From positions 32,065 through 96,064 of IMG/VR virus record IMGVR_UViG_3300031760_005061: a stretch of 64,000 nucleotides of DNA, one strand, 5' to 3'. Within the stretch, counting starts at the first letter, position 1; the number at the start of each line of letters is the position of its first letter. The notes under the pieces are model-generated. The model was not told the DNA's origin and ran no database searches. It saw nothing but the letters and a program-made list of their open reading frames with translations. Made by a program: the position numbers and the translations under genes. Source of the DNA: a virus. Taxonomy: Duplodnaviria > Caudoviricetes. This document shows, one piece after another, positions 30,080 through 39,580 of this stretch.

Positions 30080-31128
30080 TTATTCTTTAAGCCATTTTTT
30101 AATTACATTGTTAAAGTTGCTTTTGTTTCCGAGTGCCTTTTTGGCGATACACATTACAAGACCGGTTTCCTTTGAGTATGTGTCTCCCTCGTTGCACTTA
30201 ACTACCGTTTTTGTTCCGTCTTTCCAAAGGACGATTGTTGCCGGGTCGTGGAATATTACCTTTTCGATATCCGGGAAATACGAAACCTTTATTGTCTCGA
30301 TTGTGCCGGTATTCCAACCGTTGTACCAATAATACGATGACGTATCCGACAAATAATTGGTCAAATAATTGGTGGTGTGGCTTCTACCATATTCGTCAGT
30401 ATAGGTGACTAAATCACCAGTGGTTCCGTTAGTTATATATTTAATCATATGTCCCTCGTTACTTTTAGGTTAAATAAATATCGCGCCAGACTATTTCCTT
30501 GGGGTCGTAGCCGGAAATGATACCGGCTTTCTGGAGCGATTTCAATTTCTTTTTCATAAATCTGTTTGCGACACACCTCTTACATCCGGTGTATGGTTCG
30601 ATGTTTTCGTCGCTGAGAAGTTCAATACATATATCTCTGTCGTCGATTTCAATCCAAAGAGATGCGCTTGTACCGAAGATCTGCTCGACATAAAGCCATG
30701 AGTATTTTTCTCCCGGATTAAAGAAGCCGTTTTCGTTCATTACCTCTTTGCTTTTGATATGCGGTTTAATATGTATGTTTGTTCCGTAGCGGTTGAACTC
30801 ACTCATCGTTTCCATCCTCCACTTTAATCAAATCCATGAACGACCAGATCCACGGTGTGTCATCACCGGCTGTTTCCTCGAACACATAAAAGCTTTTATA
30901 CTTTTCGTCTCTGGCAATTGTGAAGACATCATCTTTGTGAGTGTCGATAAATTCAATGTATTCCGGAGAGAAATGCTCGCGCTTTTTGTTTAATGCTTCG
31001 TAATCGATTTTAACCTTGTCTCCGGGCTTAAGACTGTTTTCTTTTTCAATCATCGCAACAGCCTCTGCCTTTGTTAAACCGATTTTCTTCATACTCTTTA
31101 TGTAGTTTCTTCTCTGCTTTCGGTTCAT
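30080..31128 (-). CDS. Three hypothetical genes (30080-30448, 30465-30815, 30799-31128)
   Basis: First has a conserved phage motif (PATIVLWKDGTKTVVKC); third starts MNRKQRR. Confidence 0.6.
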
Positions 31129-31941
31129 TTAAGTCCCCTTTCCATAACACATTTGGAAGTATTCGCACTGACCGGTAAAACCGCATAGGTTTCTGCAAAA
31201 GAATTCGCTCTCGAGATTTGGTGTCCATTTTGTGTTGTTTTCAATCTCGGATATTTTTGCCAGTATTTGCTCCTCAACCTCCTTCATTTTTGCACAATAA
31301 AACGTCTCTTTTATTTTGCTCGAATTTCTGAAACAGTTGAACATTAAACTATCAACTTCGATTCCTTTTTGAGTCAACGGGATAGCGTAAAGATACAACT
31401 GATTTAAATATTCATCAAGTTCGTTGTCAGAGACTGTTGGCTTTTTCCTTCCGCTTCTCGGCTTTAACATTTTTGATTTGTGATCTACAAGAATGTATTT
31501 TCCGGTTTCGGTTTGAGCCAACAAGTCTATAATGCCGACAAACTTTTTGTTACCGATTTTAAAAAACAGTTTCTTTTCAACGTCGACGATATTTTCAAAA
31601 CCGGTTTCATCAAAGTTTTTGAAATACTCTGCGCCGCCATTGAAATACGATGCAAATATTTTCGGGTTGGGAGCGGGAGTGTTGACTTCTTTGCTGAAGT
31701 TGCAAATGTAATATTCGTACAATTTGCTTTTTTCGATTTCTCCCTTAAAATACTTTTCAAGTATCTTATGAACAAAACTACCGAACTGAGAGAAGAACCT
31801 GTCTTCTTCTTTAAGTCCGAGTATGTATTTCATATAGAACCCATATCTGCAATTGTCGAACTGTTTTATTCTGCTATGACTCCATACGTAATCGTCATCG
31901 CTTAGCGCCAGCTTAATTGATACATCAGAAGGGGAGATCAT
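31129..31941 (-). CDS. PD-(D/E)XK RecB/Cas4-like exonuclease
   Basis: WSHS....F..C, G..VH, E...GIIDL..LVDHKS, QLYLY, C-terminal Cys cluster. Confidence 0.88.
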   Translation of the reverse strand: MISPSDVSIKLALSDDDYVWSHSRIKQFDNCRYGFYMKYILGLKEEDRFFSQFGSFVHKILEKYFKGEIEKSKLYEYYICNFSKEVNTPAPNPKIFASYFNGGAEYFKNFDETGFENIVDVEKKLFFKIGNKKFVGIIDLLAQTETGKYILVDHKSKMLKPRSGRKKPTVSDNELDEYLNQLYLYAIPLTQKGIEVDSLMFNCFRNSSKIKETFYCAKMKEVEEQILAKISEIENNTKWTPNLESEFFCRNLCGFTGQCEYFQMCYGKGT

Positions 31942-32341
31942 CTTCGGACACCTCCGCTTCTTCCTCGGTGTCTTCGTCTATAAGCTGATTGATTGTTTCA
32001 GATGCCGACTTTGCCGGTTTCTTTTCCTCTTTCACTTTTGTGTTATCGTTTACCTGTTCGCCGGTATCATAACTGTAAATGGTGAACCACGTTTTCTCTT
32101 CGCGTTTTTCTTTGTCCCATTCATTTGTAACGTCGCAATCCACAATATGTATGCGGTCGCCTTCCTGTAACGACTCGGCCTTTTTATGTGCGCCACCAAC
32201 AAGACTGACGTAACCTCCGAATGTCTGACGATACTCATCTGTCTGCTTGTTTTTCTGGCTTATCGAGAGTCTCACTCTTGTGTAGTTTTCGTAGCGCTCA
32301 ACCTGCCAGATTTTTGCCCAAGTGTTCGGTCGAAATCCCAT
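31925..32341 (-). CDS. Single-stranded DNA-binding protein
   Basis: OB-fold size, acidic tail ending DDLPF; lies between ERF and exonuclease. Confidence 0.75.
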   Translation of the reverse strand: MGFRPNTWAKIWQVERYENYTRVRLSISQKNKQTDEYRQTFGGYVSLVGGAHKKAESLQEGDRIHIVDCDVTNEWDKEKREEKTWFTIYSYDTGEQVNDNTKVKEEKKPAKSASETINQLIDEDTEEEAEVSEDDLPF

Positions 32342-32343
32342 GA

Positions 32344-33117
32344 TTATTTTTCCTCCTTTTTTTCGGGTTTATTTTTGTTTGCAGTTTCGAAAAACTGGTT
32401 TACTTTTTCGAGAAGAGTAGACGCTGTCTGCGGATCTGTAATTGCCGCATAATTTGCGCTTGCCTTTCCGTTTACCTTAACGATTGACTTGATAAGTTTG
32501 ATAAGTTCCGGCTTATTTTCATCGTTAATGTTGTTCTTAACAACATCGTCAATCTTGGCTATGATTGCGTCTGCAACCTGTTTTTCTTCGGAAGCCTCTG
32601 CCTCTTTCTGTTTCGTTCTCCATGCGTCGGGATCGCTGTCGTCCAGAGTTGCAATCTGGAAATAGTGAAGAAGGAAATATCTGAGACCATACGTGAGCGC
32701 TCCGCCGAAGCTCTGACTGGGGTCTGCCGACGAACCGGTGATGAACCACGGAATGTCGATTGTAACTCCGGTTTCGTCATCAATCCACCGATATGTAATG
32801 TTACCGCTCACAATCATTTCGTTGATGTTTTCGGTGTACTGAGTGCCGTCCTTTGTGAATTTCACTTTCTGATAAGACGACGGCTCAACCTTGATTGAAC
32901 TGTGGTCAATCAGTGGAACGAGCGACAATCCGTACTTCTTCATACCGGCCGTTACCTTAGCAAGGATTTCGTCGATACTTGTGTACTTGTAGTTGTAACC
33001 GGATTTGTTTTTCACCATTACCGCCGCGATTTCTCTGATCTTCGCGAGCTTCTGGAAGATGTTTAGCTTTGCCTCAGCCGATTCAACTACGGTTTTGTTT
33101 GTTGCTTTTTCAGCCAT
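32344..33117 (-). CDS. ERF-family ssDNA annealing protein
   Basis: GYNYKY, Q.FGGALTYGLRY...DPD. Confidence 0.88.
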   Translation of the reverse strand: MAEKATNKTVVESAEAKLNIFQKLAKIREIAAVMVKNKSGYNYKYTSIDEILAKVTAGMKKYGLSLVPLIDHSSIKVEPSSYQKVKFTKDGTQYTENINEMIVSGNITYRWIDDETGVTIDIPWFITGSSADPSQSFGGALTYGLRYFLLHYFQIATLDDSDPDAWRTKQKEAEASEEKQVADAIIAKIDDVVKNNINDENKPELIKLIKSIVKVNGKASANYAAITDPQTASTLLEKVNQFFETANKNKPEKKEEK

Positions 33118-33151
33118 TTTTCACACTCCTTAATTTTTAATATTGTTTTTT

Positions 33152-33808
33152 TTATCCTAAAAAAATGCGTGAACAAATTTCACTTCCGTCTTTACATTTC
33201 ATTGTTTGATAATGTTTTCGTTCGGCGTATTTCATTACAAACATATATAATTTGTATCCCGGTTTTTCTGCTCCGGACATTTTACAAATCGCTTTTATTT
33301 TATTATCCGTCCAGCTAGAATGGTCTATAATCCTCTTTCCGGATTCTGTACACTTGATAAAATTCCAAAATGATCCAATATGGATTTCACCCGTAAGTAT
33401 ATTTTGTAATAAAGCATATCTATTTCTATAGTTACTACCCTCTGGGATGTTGTCGATATATATTTCCATATTGTGTTTAGCGTTGCCAACTTTTAATACT
33501 TTATATACATCTTTATTTGAATAGTTTTTATCTATTACAAAATCACCAACAGATATAAACTCATCATCTATTACAGATCGTAGTTGTTCTCGAATTTTAA
33601 TTTCACCCTCAGCAAGTATTAATTTGCCACCTACAACCTGTTCGTCTGTCCATAATTTGTTTTGTTTTTTACCATTGTCCGGATCTGGAAAAACCCTTGG
33701 ATTAATCCTGTGCATTTTTCTTGCTTCGTGTTTATCCGCCACCCTATCAACCACGAACGACAAAGGGACTAATATAACCCATGTAAATAGTGTTATCGCT
33801 ATCCACAT
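33152..33808 (-). CDS. Hypothetical membrane-anchored protein
   Basis: N-terminal TM; GGAGG RBS. Confidence 0.55.
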   Translation of the reverse strand: MWIAITLFTWVILVPLSFVVDRVADKHEARKMHRINPRVFPDPDNGKKQNKLWTDEQVVGGKLILAEGEIKIREQLRSVIDDEFISVGDFVIDKNYSNKDVYKVLKVGNAKHNMEIYIDNIPEGSNYRNRYALLQNILTGEIHIGSFWNFIKCTESGKRIIDHSSWTDNKIKAICKMSGAEKPGYKLYMFVMKYAERKHYQTMKCKDGSEICSRIFLG

Positions 33809-33833
33809 TTATATCCCTCCTAACCTTGTATTT

Positions 33834-35012
33834 TTAGCATTTCACACTCCTTAATTTTTCAACATTGTTTTTAATTGAATTGCAAATTCGCTGTATGTCA
33901 TTCTGAGAAAGATTATGACCAAATGTAATTCTTATTGTGCCATCTATATAATCATCGGGAACTCCGATTGCTTTTAAAACATGACTGTGTTTTCCGGAAC
34001 CTACGGAACACGCCGACATCGTCGACACGAGTATTCCGTCGCCCGCCATCATCAACGCAAGTGACTGTCCGGAAATGCCCTTGAAGCTTACACTTATATT
34101 ATTAGACAGTTTCTCTAAGTGAAGATCGGCGTTGATTTTTGTATCCGGAATTGTTTCTAAGAACGAAACAATCTTACGCTGGACGATGTAGTCATTAGCC
34201 GCGTTTGAATACAGATTAGTGTATGCATCTTTGAGCGCTTGAGTTGTCGAAAGAATTCCTATTGCGTTTTCCGTTCCGGCTCTCATTCCGAACTCTTGTC
34301 CTCCGCCCAAAATCATTGGTTCAATTGTAATATCTTTACCGCACACCAATCCGCCACACCCCTTCATTCCTCCAAATTTGTGAGACGAGAATGAGAGTAG
34401 GTCGATGTTTTGCTTTGTAATGTCAATTGGTATGTGTCCAACCGCTTGCACGGCATCGGTGTGGAGTAACACATTTCGGTCATGACATATCTTACCGATT
34501 TCCTTAATTGGTTGTAGTGTGCCGATTTCGTTATTTGCGTACATTACCGAAACAAACGCGGTGTCTTCTGTGATTTCGCTTTCAATTTTATCCGGAGAAA
34601 TCAATCCGTTTTCGTCCGGCAAGATCAAAGACACTTTAAATCCGGAAGCTTCAAGCTCGCAAAGAGGAAGTAATATCGACGGATGTTCTATTGCCGTAGA
34701 TATAACATGTGTTTTTCCTTCTTTGCTGGCCTTCTTTGCAAGACTACGGATTGCCCAGTTGTTTGACTCTGTTCCGCCGGATGTGTAGAAGATTTTGTTT
34801 GTGTCTGTTCCGAATATAGTTGCAAGATAACTGCGAGCTGTATACATAACCGTCGATAAATCCTTTGACTGCTGATAAAGCGACGACGGATTATAGTATT
34901 CGGTTAAAAGATATTTGACTGTTTGCTGAACACTGTCTGACATCGGAGATGTTGCTGCATAATCGCAATATAATACCGGTTCTACGATTTCGTTTGTTTT
35001 TTCTTTTTCGAT
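33834..35012 (-). CDS. iscS: Cysteine desulfurase (IscS/NifS)
   Basis: Y.DYAATSP, SGGTESNN, HTDAVQ, SSHKFGG (PLP Lys), SACS (catalytic Cys). The conserved N-terminus extends to ATC 35012. Confidence 0.92.
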   Translation of the reverse strand: MEKEKTNEIVEPVLYCDYAATSPMSDSVQQTVKYLLTEYYNPSSLYQQSKDLSTVMYTARSYLATIFGTDTNKIFYTSGGTESNNWAIRSLAKKASKEGKTHVISTAIEHPSILLPLCELEASGFKVSLILPDENGLISPDKIESEITEDTAFVSVMYANNEIGTLQPIKEIGKICHDRNVLLHTDAVQAVGHIPIDITKQNIDLLSFSSHKFGGMKGCGGLVCGKDITIEPMILGGGQEFGMRAGTENAIGILSTTQALKDAYTNLYSNAANDYIVQRKIVSFLETIPDTKINADLHLEKLSNNISVSFKGISGQSLALMMAGDGILVSTMSACSVGSGKHSHVLKAIGVPDDYIDGTIRITFGHNLSQNDIQRICNSIKNNVEKLRSVKC

Positions 35013-35233
35013 TTTGTCTCACCTCTTTTCGGGAAAACTATTTCATCAAAGTCATTCGGATTTTTAGATTTAGATATTTTTTCAAATCCCCCTTTTACAA
35101 CTGCGTACAGATAGTACAATGTTCTCTCCGGGTTGCTTGTGACAATGTGTGTTGTTTCATATGCACCCGAGTCGTCCACCGGTTTCGCATACGCCATCCA
35201 CTCAATTTCTTTTGAGGGTATTTTATTAATTAT
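34982..35233 (-). CDS. Small hypothetical protein
   Basis: ORF 34982-35197 extends in frame to ATA, 7 nt after AAGGGGTG. Confidence 0.55.
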   Translation of the reverse strand: MINKIPSKEIEWMAYAKPVDDSGAYETTHIVTSNPERTLYYLYAVVKGGFEKISKSKNPNDFDEIVFPKRGETKSKKKKQTKS

Positions 35234-35275
35234 TTGCCCTCACCCCTTACTATCTGTGAAATGTTGGTGTTCACA

Positions 35276-35635
35276 TTAGTCCTCCTTAAATTTATACATT
35301 GTAAGTCTCGCTACTATCTTATATCCTATGCTGTCAACAAAATAAAATACCGTTTCGTTTTCGTTAACTATGGCTATAATATCGCTGACACTCAGACTGT
35401 GACAGTGATAGTCATCCGGTTTATCGAAGTTGAGTTTTGAATATATATTTTCAAGAACAATATCTGTACGCTCGTAATCATTTACTTCAATTGTGGATTC
35501 GTAAACAAATTCGTAATCATCAAGGTTTACATTTTTATTATTCTCTTTCCATGTTTGAGAGTTTGTAAAAACATATTCCTGTCCGAATGGCGTACTTCTA
35601 TCGAGTTGATATATTTTATAGTGGACAGTTTCCAT
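35276..35635 (-). CDS. YodL-like protein
   Basis: YKIYQL...YEFVY...LENIY..LN...PDDY..HSLSVSDII. Confidence 0.85.
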   Translation of the reverse strand: METVHYKIYQLDRSTPFGQEYVFTNSQTWKENNKNVNLDDYEFVYESTIEVNDYERTDIVLENIYSKLNFDKPDDYHCHSLSVSDIIAIVNENETVFYFVDSIGYKIVARLTMYKFKED

Positions 35636-35649
35636 TTGAGCCCTCCTTT

Positions 35650-35725
35650 GTCTCTCGTTACTTTGTGTAGAAAGATTATAGCACATATTTCGTGCTATAA
35701 TCGGGTTGTTAATAAATTGTTTACA
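35650..35725 (-). promoter_or_regulatory. Promoter: TGTAAA-N7-TTAACA, 26 nt, TATAAT, then AAAGTAACGAGAGAC
   Basis: Near-copy of 20584-20659. Confidence 0.75.
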
Positions 35726-35726
35726 A

Positions 35727-36554
35727 TTAAAATTCGTTGTCTATATCGTTAGGGTGATACACTACCAGCCACTCGTGATATTTATATATTATATCTTTTT
35801 GATAAACCGGTTTGTCTTCCAGTCCCTTCCAGATTCTGTCAAACATTCCGGACATTAATATTTTTCTGCCGTCGAATTTCTTTCCAATATCGTCTTCGTA
35901 CATATTTAACCACGCCATGTTTTTGCGTATAGTGCCGTCGCCGGCTTGAACTCCGTGGTGTCCTTGGAATAAAAATACCGATGGGTTTTTATATTCATTT
36001 TTGTGACGCTGAATGGCAAACATTACTGCCGGATTAACATATACAATTCCGTTTTTGGTTTTGATTTCAAAACTCGAAACATCTATATCGTTCATTGTTA
36101 TCGAGATCATGTCTGACATCTTGATTCCGAACCACAATAATCCGGCAACGGTTTTCTGATACCACATTTTCTTTCCGGATATAAACCCGATTTCATCCAG
36201 AGCTTCAAACAAACTCTCAATTGAACCCCAGTATTCAACTTCGCATTGCGGAACAACATTGACGTCTGAATACTCTATAGATTTTAAATTTGATATTGTT
36301 TTAGGATTCCATCCTTCGTCTTCAAGGATATGGAGGAGTAAACCGCGTTGAGTGGATAGAACGGTTCTTGAATTAACCTTATAAACAAAGAATGATTTTA
36401 GTTCCTCTTTTGATATCTCTTTTTCCGGATCTCTTCCATCCAGCATGTCTTGCATAGAGTTAAATATAAAACCCATTTTTTGACGCTCTTTACTGACCGG
36501 AGACAGTTTAAGATAGTGTCGGCTGAAGAATTCGTCTTCGGTAATGTGTAACAT
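35727..36554 (-). CDS. Degenerate tyrosine-recombinase-fold protein (possible repressor)
   Basis: LLWFGIKMSDMISITMNDID resembles box I with R replaced by K; no HxxR. Confidence 0.55.
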   Translation of the reverse strand: MLHITEDEFFSRHYLKLSPVSKERQKMGFIFNSMQDMLDGRDPEKEISKEELKSFFVYKVNSRTVLSTQRGLLLHILEDEGWNPKTISNLKSIEYSDVNVVPQCEVEYWGSIESLFEALDEIGFISGKKMWYQKTVAGLLWFGIKMSDMISITMNDIDVSSFEIKTKNGIVYVNPAVMFAIQRHKNEYKNPSVFLFQGHHGVQAGDGTIRKNMAWLNMYEDDIGKKFDGRKILMSGMFDRIWKGLEDKPVYQKDIIYKYHEWLVVYHPNDIDNEF

Positions 36555-36605
36555 TTACATTCTCCTTTCATACTTATGTATGAACCCTTCAGCCATTATA
36601 TCATA

Positions 36606-37166
36606 TCACTGTTTTGCCGTCAAATACTCTTGTATCTTTTCCTTGAGCAGTTTGTCTTTTTCGGCAAATTCATCTTCGGAATAGCAACTATCCAGAAGCC
36701 ATTTACAAACAGATGTTCTTCCGGAGTCAATATCGTATAAACCCAACCATAATACATTACTCTGGTCAAGTATTATACATGGTGTTAAGAAGTGGTGGTA
36801 TAATTCGTTTCCGGTTGCTCCGTATGGATGAATGCCAAACCTTCTTTCGATTTCTTTTCTGATATCAAAAGCGCTTTCGTGTTTTAGTTTTCCGTGCCGA
36901 TAGAACAGCGAGATATACACGTCGCCGAACCTCGGATCGCTTCTGGCTTCGATAGGATATTTTTCAAGTAAATCAAAAATGGTTTCCGTTTCGATAACTT
37001 CGTCCTGTTGATCAAGATGGGCGCCAACCGTTTTTTCGTACTGGATATCACCGTCGAGATATAGTGAGTACCCTATTCCTCTATATACGATTGACGTATT
37101 GTTTTCCTCGAACACTTCAACATCGTCACATACATACCATTTCCCGTCTTGTAAAAATTTGTACAT
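36606..37166 (-). CDS. Hypothetical protein
   Basis: 186-aa ORF with RBS, between the two recombinase-like genes. Confidence 0.6.
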   Translation of the reverse strand: MYKFLQDGKWYVCDDVEVFEENNTSIVYRGIGYSLYLDGDIQYEKTVGAHLDQQDEVIETETIFDLLEKYPIEARSDPRFGDVYISLFYRHGKLKHESAFDIRKEIERRFGIHPYGATGNELYHHFLTPCIILDQSNVLWLGLYDIDSGRTSVCKWLLDSCYSEDEFAEKDKLLKEKIQEYLTAKQ

Positions 37167-37180
37167 AGCACTTATCCCTT

Positions 37181-38041
37181 CTACTCATCAGTTAATTCTA
37201 TTATTTTTTCCAGTGCCTGCATAATTGCGTCAAGCTTTTCGTTTTCGGACGACTTTCTTTCGAGCAGCGCATCCGACAAAACATTCTTATCTGTTTTCCC
37301 TAATACAAAATCAGAAACGTTTTTTCTTGCCTCTTCCGTAAACACCGACGTAAGCCTCAAATATCTCATAGTGGTTTTATAATCCGAGTGCTTCAACATG
37401 TGCTGAATACTTAACAGTTTTGACATATTTATATTTGTTTCTCCGCCGATGCACGCCGCGATATTCGCAAACGATTTTCTCATTGAGTGCGAACTTAAAT
37501 GGAACGGCAAATCGAGCGCCGTCTGTGCGCTGTTAAGTATTCTCCAACCGGAAACCTCACTGAGTTTATGATTGTTCTCCGGACTCTTTGAATACACAAG
37601 ATAGTCGTCGAGGTTGTACTTCTTCAAAGTCTTGAGATATTTTGATATTGCTATCCGCATAGCTTCTGTGATTAAACACTTATCGTCTGCATTAGTAGAC
37701 AATTTTCCGGTCTTCTTTTCACGAATATAGATATACTCTCTAAACGTTCCGTCGGCATTGATTACATCACCGATTTTAATTCTCAGTAAGTCGCTGATTC
37801 GAAAACCGGTGCAGACACCGACAGTAAACATCATATAATCTCTGATACGATTATTTTTAAGATAGAAGTCCTGTATCATTTTGATATCGTCATATGACCT
37901 TACAGATTCAGCAGCCGATGCTTTTTTGACGCCTCTTGATGTATACTCACTACACGTCAAGTCTTTTTCTTTTTTAGGATTGTCGAACAGGTTTATTATC
38001 TGACACCGAGACTCTTTTTCAATTTTCACTGCTGGTATCAT
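37181..38041 (-). CDS. Tyrosine recombinase (second, catalytic residues intact)
   Basis: TGFRISDLL, EKKTGK, HSMRK, LKHS...TMRY. Confidence 0.9.
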   Translation of the reverse strand: MIPAVKIEKESRCQIINLFDNPKKEKDLTCSEYTSRGVKKASAAESVRSYDDIKMIQDFYLKNNRIRDYMMFTVGVCTGFRISDLLRIKIGDVINADGTFREYIYIREKKTGKLSTNADDKCLITEAMRIAISKYLKTLKKYNLDDYLVYSKSPENNHKLSEVSGWRILNSAQTALDLPFHLSSHSMRKSFANIAACIGGETNINMSKLLSIQHMLKHSDYKTTMRYLRLTSVFTEEARKNVSDFVLGKTDKNVLSDALLERKSSENEKLDAIMQALEKIIELTDE

Positions 38042-38053
38042 AACAACACCTCC

Positions 38054-38287
38054 TTACTGTTGGTTAAATATTTTTACCATAAACTTTGAAGATTTGTTAG
38101 ATATTGTACCGGTTACAATGTTTTCTATTTTTACATATACCGGAGTAAATCCTATTACTACCCCGCGCTCAACCGATAAATCGACGCCTCGCGAGCAATT
38201 AGAAGAGCAATAAATAACAGCGACCTCGTCACCCTCAAACAGCTCAGACCCAAGTGCGTCTTTATATTCTCTCTGTTTTGTATTCAT
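38054..38287 (-). CDS. Small hypothetical protein
   Basis: AAAGGA RBS directly after the LexA-box promoter. Confidence 0.6.
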   Translation of the reverse strand: MNTKQREYKDALGSELFEGDEVAVIYCSSNCSRGVDLSVERGVVIGFTPVYVKIENIVTGTISNKSSKFMVKIFNQQ

Positions 38288-38298
38288 AGTTTCCTTTC

Positions 38299-38348
38299 CG
38301 AACATTTGTTCTGTTTTGTATTATAGACACTGTTTAAATTCCTGTCAA
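38299..38348 (-). promoter_or_regulatory. Consensus sigma-A promoter with downstream LexA (SOS) box
   Basis: TTGACA-N17-TATAAT; CGAAC-attt-GTTCT at 38299-38312 matches the Gram-positive GAAC-N4-GTTC box. Confidence 0.8.
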
Positions 38349-38531
38349 GTATTTTGATAAATTATTTTCTCTTATCAATCTCCTTGCTATCATTGGATTG
38401 AGTTCGAGCGCCGGAACTACGATTATACTTCCGTTTTTATTCCAGATTTCGTGCGAACCTTTAGTCCGCACGTGCTCGTATCCGGCGCTTTTAAGTATTC
38501 GCTTCATAGTTTTTGCGTTAACTTGTTTCAT
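38334..38531 (-). CDS. hicA: HicA-family mRNA interferase
   Basis: L...GY..VR.KGSH......VVP. Confidence 0.85.
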   Translation of the reverse strand: MKQVNAKTMKRILKSAGYEHVRTKGSHEIWNKNGSIIVVPALELNPMIARRLIRENNLSKYLTGI

Positions 38532-39032
38532 TCAGTTCTTCTATCATCTCCTTCCCTTCCATAATCAGATCTTTGGCGTCCGAGAGAATATCAACCGCGT
38601 CTTCAATTTTCTCATACATCTCGCTATTCTGAAGATTTTCCGGTATATTTCCAAGCTTAAAGCTTTCATCCGTAATGACATAGTCAAGGTTTAGCAAGAC
38701 GCCGTCGAGCTTCATAACGATTTCGTCAAGTTCTTTTTTCTGTTTTTTATTCATGTTGTCTCCTTGTTGTAGTTAAGAATTATTCCGGCTTCCTCTATGA
38801 TGTCGAGTATCGTTTCTTGAATTGCCTTGGACACATAGAAATCAATGTCGTATTTGTTTTTGTTTTCCGGTTCGATACCGAGTTCATCACAGTATTTTAA
38901 GAACAGATACCAACATTCGTATTCAAGGTCATCGAATTTTGTCATCTCCGAACAATCGATTTCGACATCGGACGTAACTCTTGTATTGTCTCCTATTATC
39001 GTTGTAATCTTCGTATCATCAAATAATGACAT
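38518..39032 (-). CDS. Two small acidic proteins (38518-38754, 38751-39032)
   Basis: Coupled ORFs between mazF and hicA. Confidence 0.6.
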
Positions 39033-39043
39033 AATACACCTCC

Positions 39044-39385
39044 TTAACTTAGTATACTTATTGCTATTTTGTCGTAGATTTTGTTTTCGACGTTTCTCGA
39101 AACTCTGCCGACTTTGGAGACAATTCGGGTTTTGTCGAATGTTACTATTTGTTCAAACAACGCAGTGCTGTCACATTTTAATCCGGGACATTCTTGTTTT
39201 GTAATTGTCATATGTGTCGGCATTTTCTTTTTGGCTCTTGACGTCAACGGAACTCCGATTGTTGTAGGACTATATCGATTACCTACATCGTTCTGGATAA
39301 TTAAAACCGGACGTCTGCCGTGTTGTTCAGAACCGATTGTGTTTTCAAATTCAACATCGTAAACGTCGCCTCTTCTTATTTCCAC
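39044..39385 (-). CDS. mazF: MazF/PemK (EndoA-like) endoribonuclease
   Basis: RRGDVY...GSEQ.G.RPVLIIQNDVGNRYSPT...PLTS...EQI.T.DK.R. Confidence 0.92.
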   Translation of the reverse strand: MEIRRGDVYDVEFENTIGSEQHGRRPVLIIQNDVGNRYSPTTIGVPLTSRAKKKMPTHMTITKQECPGLKCDSTALFEQIVTFDKTRIVSKVGRVSRNVENKIYDKIAISILS

Positions 39386-39580
39386 TCTTACTCCTCCTGT
39401 TGTCAAAATATCCTATTGTTATCTGTATTTTAATAAGTGAGATAACTATGTAATATTCTCTCTTAAGACCAGATTCTGTAATCTGGAGGGGTGATGACAA
39501 CTGCACCCCAAGCTGAATATCTTTGTGAAGATTGTTTATTTCGACCATACAATCTTATTCCTTTCATGTTTTTATTATTT

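Noticed and set aside
31129-31941. Cas4 as part of a CRISPR system
   Set aside because: Its context (SSB, ERF) indicates a recombination exonuclease; no array is present.
33834-35012. Dnd phosphorothioation system
   Set aside because: Only a desulfurase is present; no dndBCDE or ssp genes in the window.
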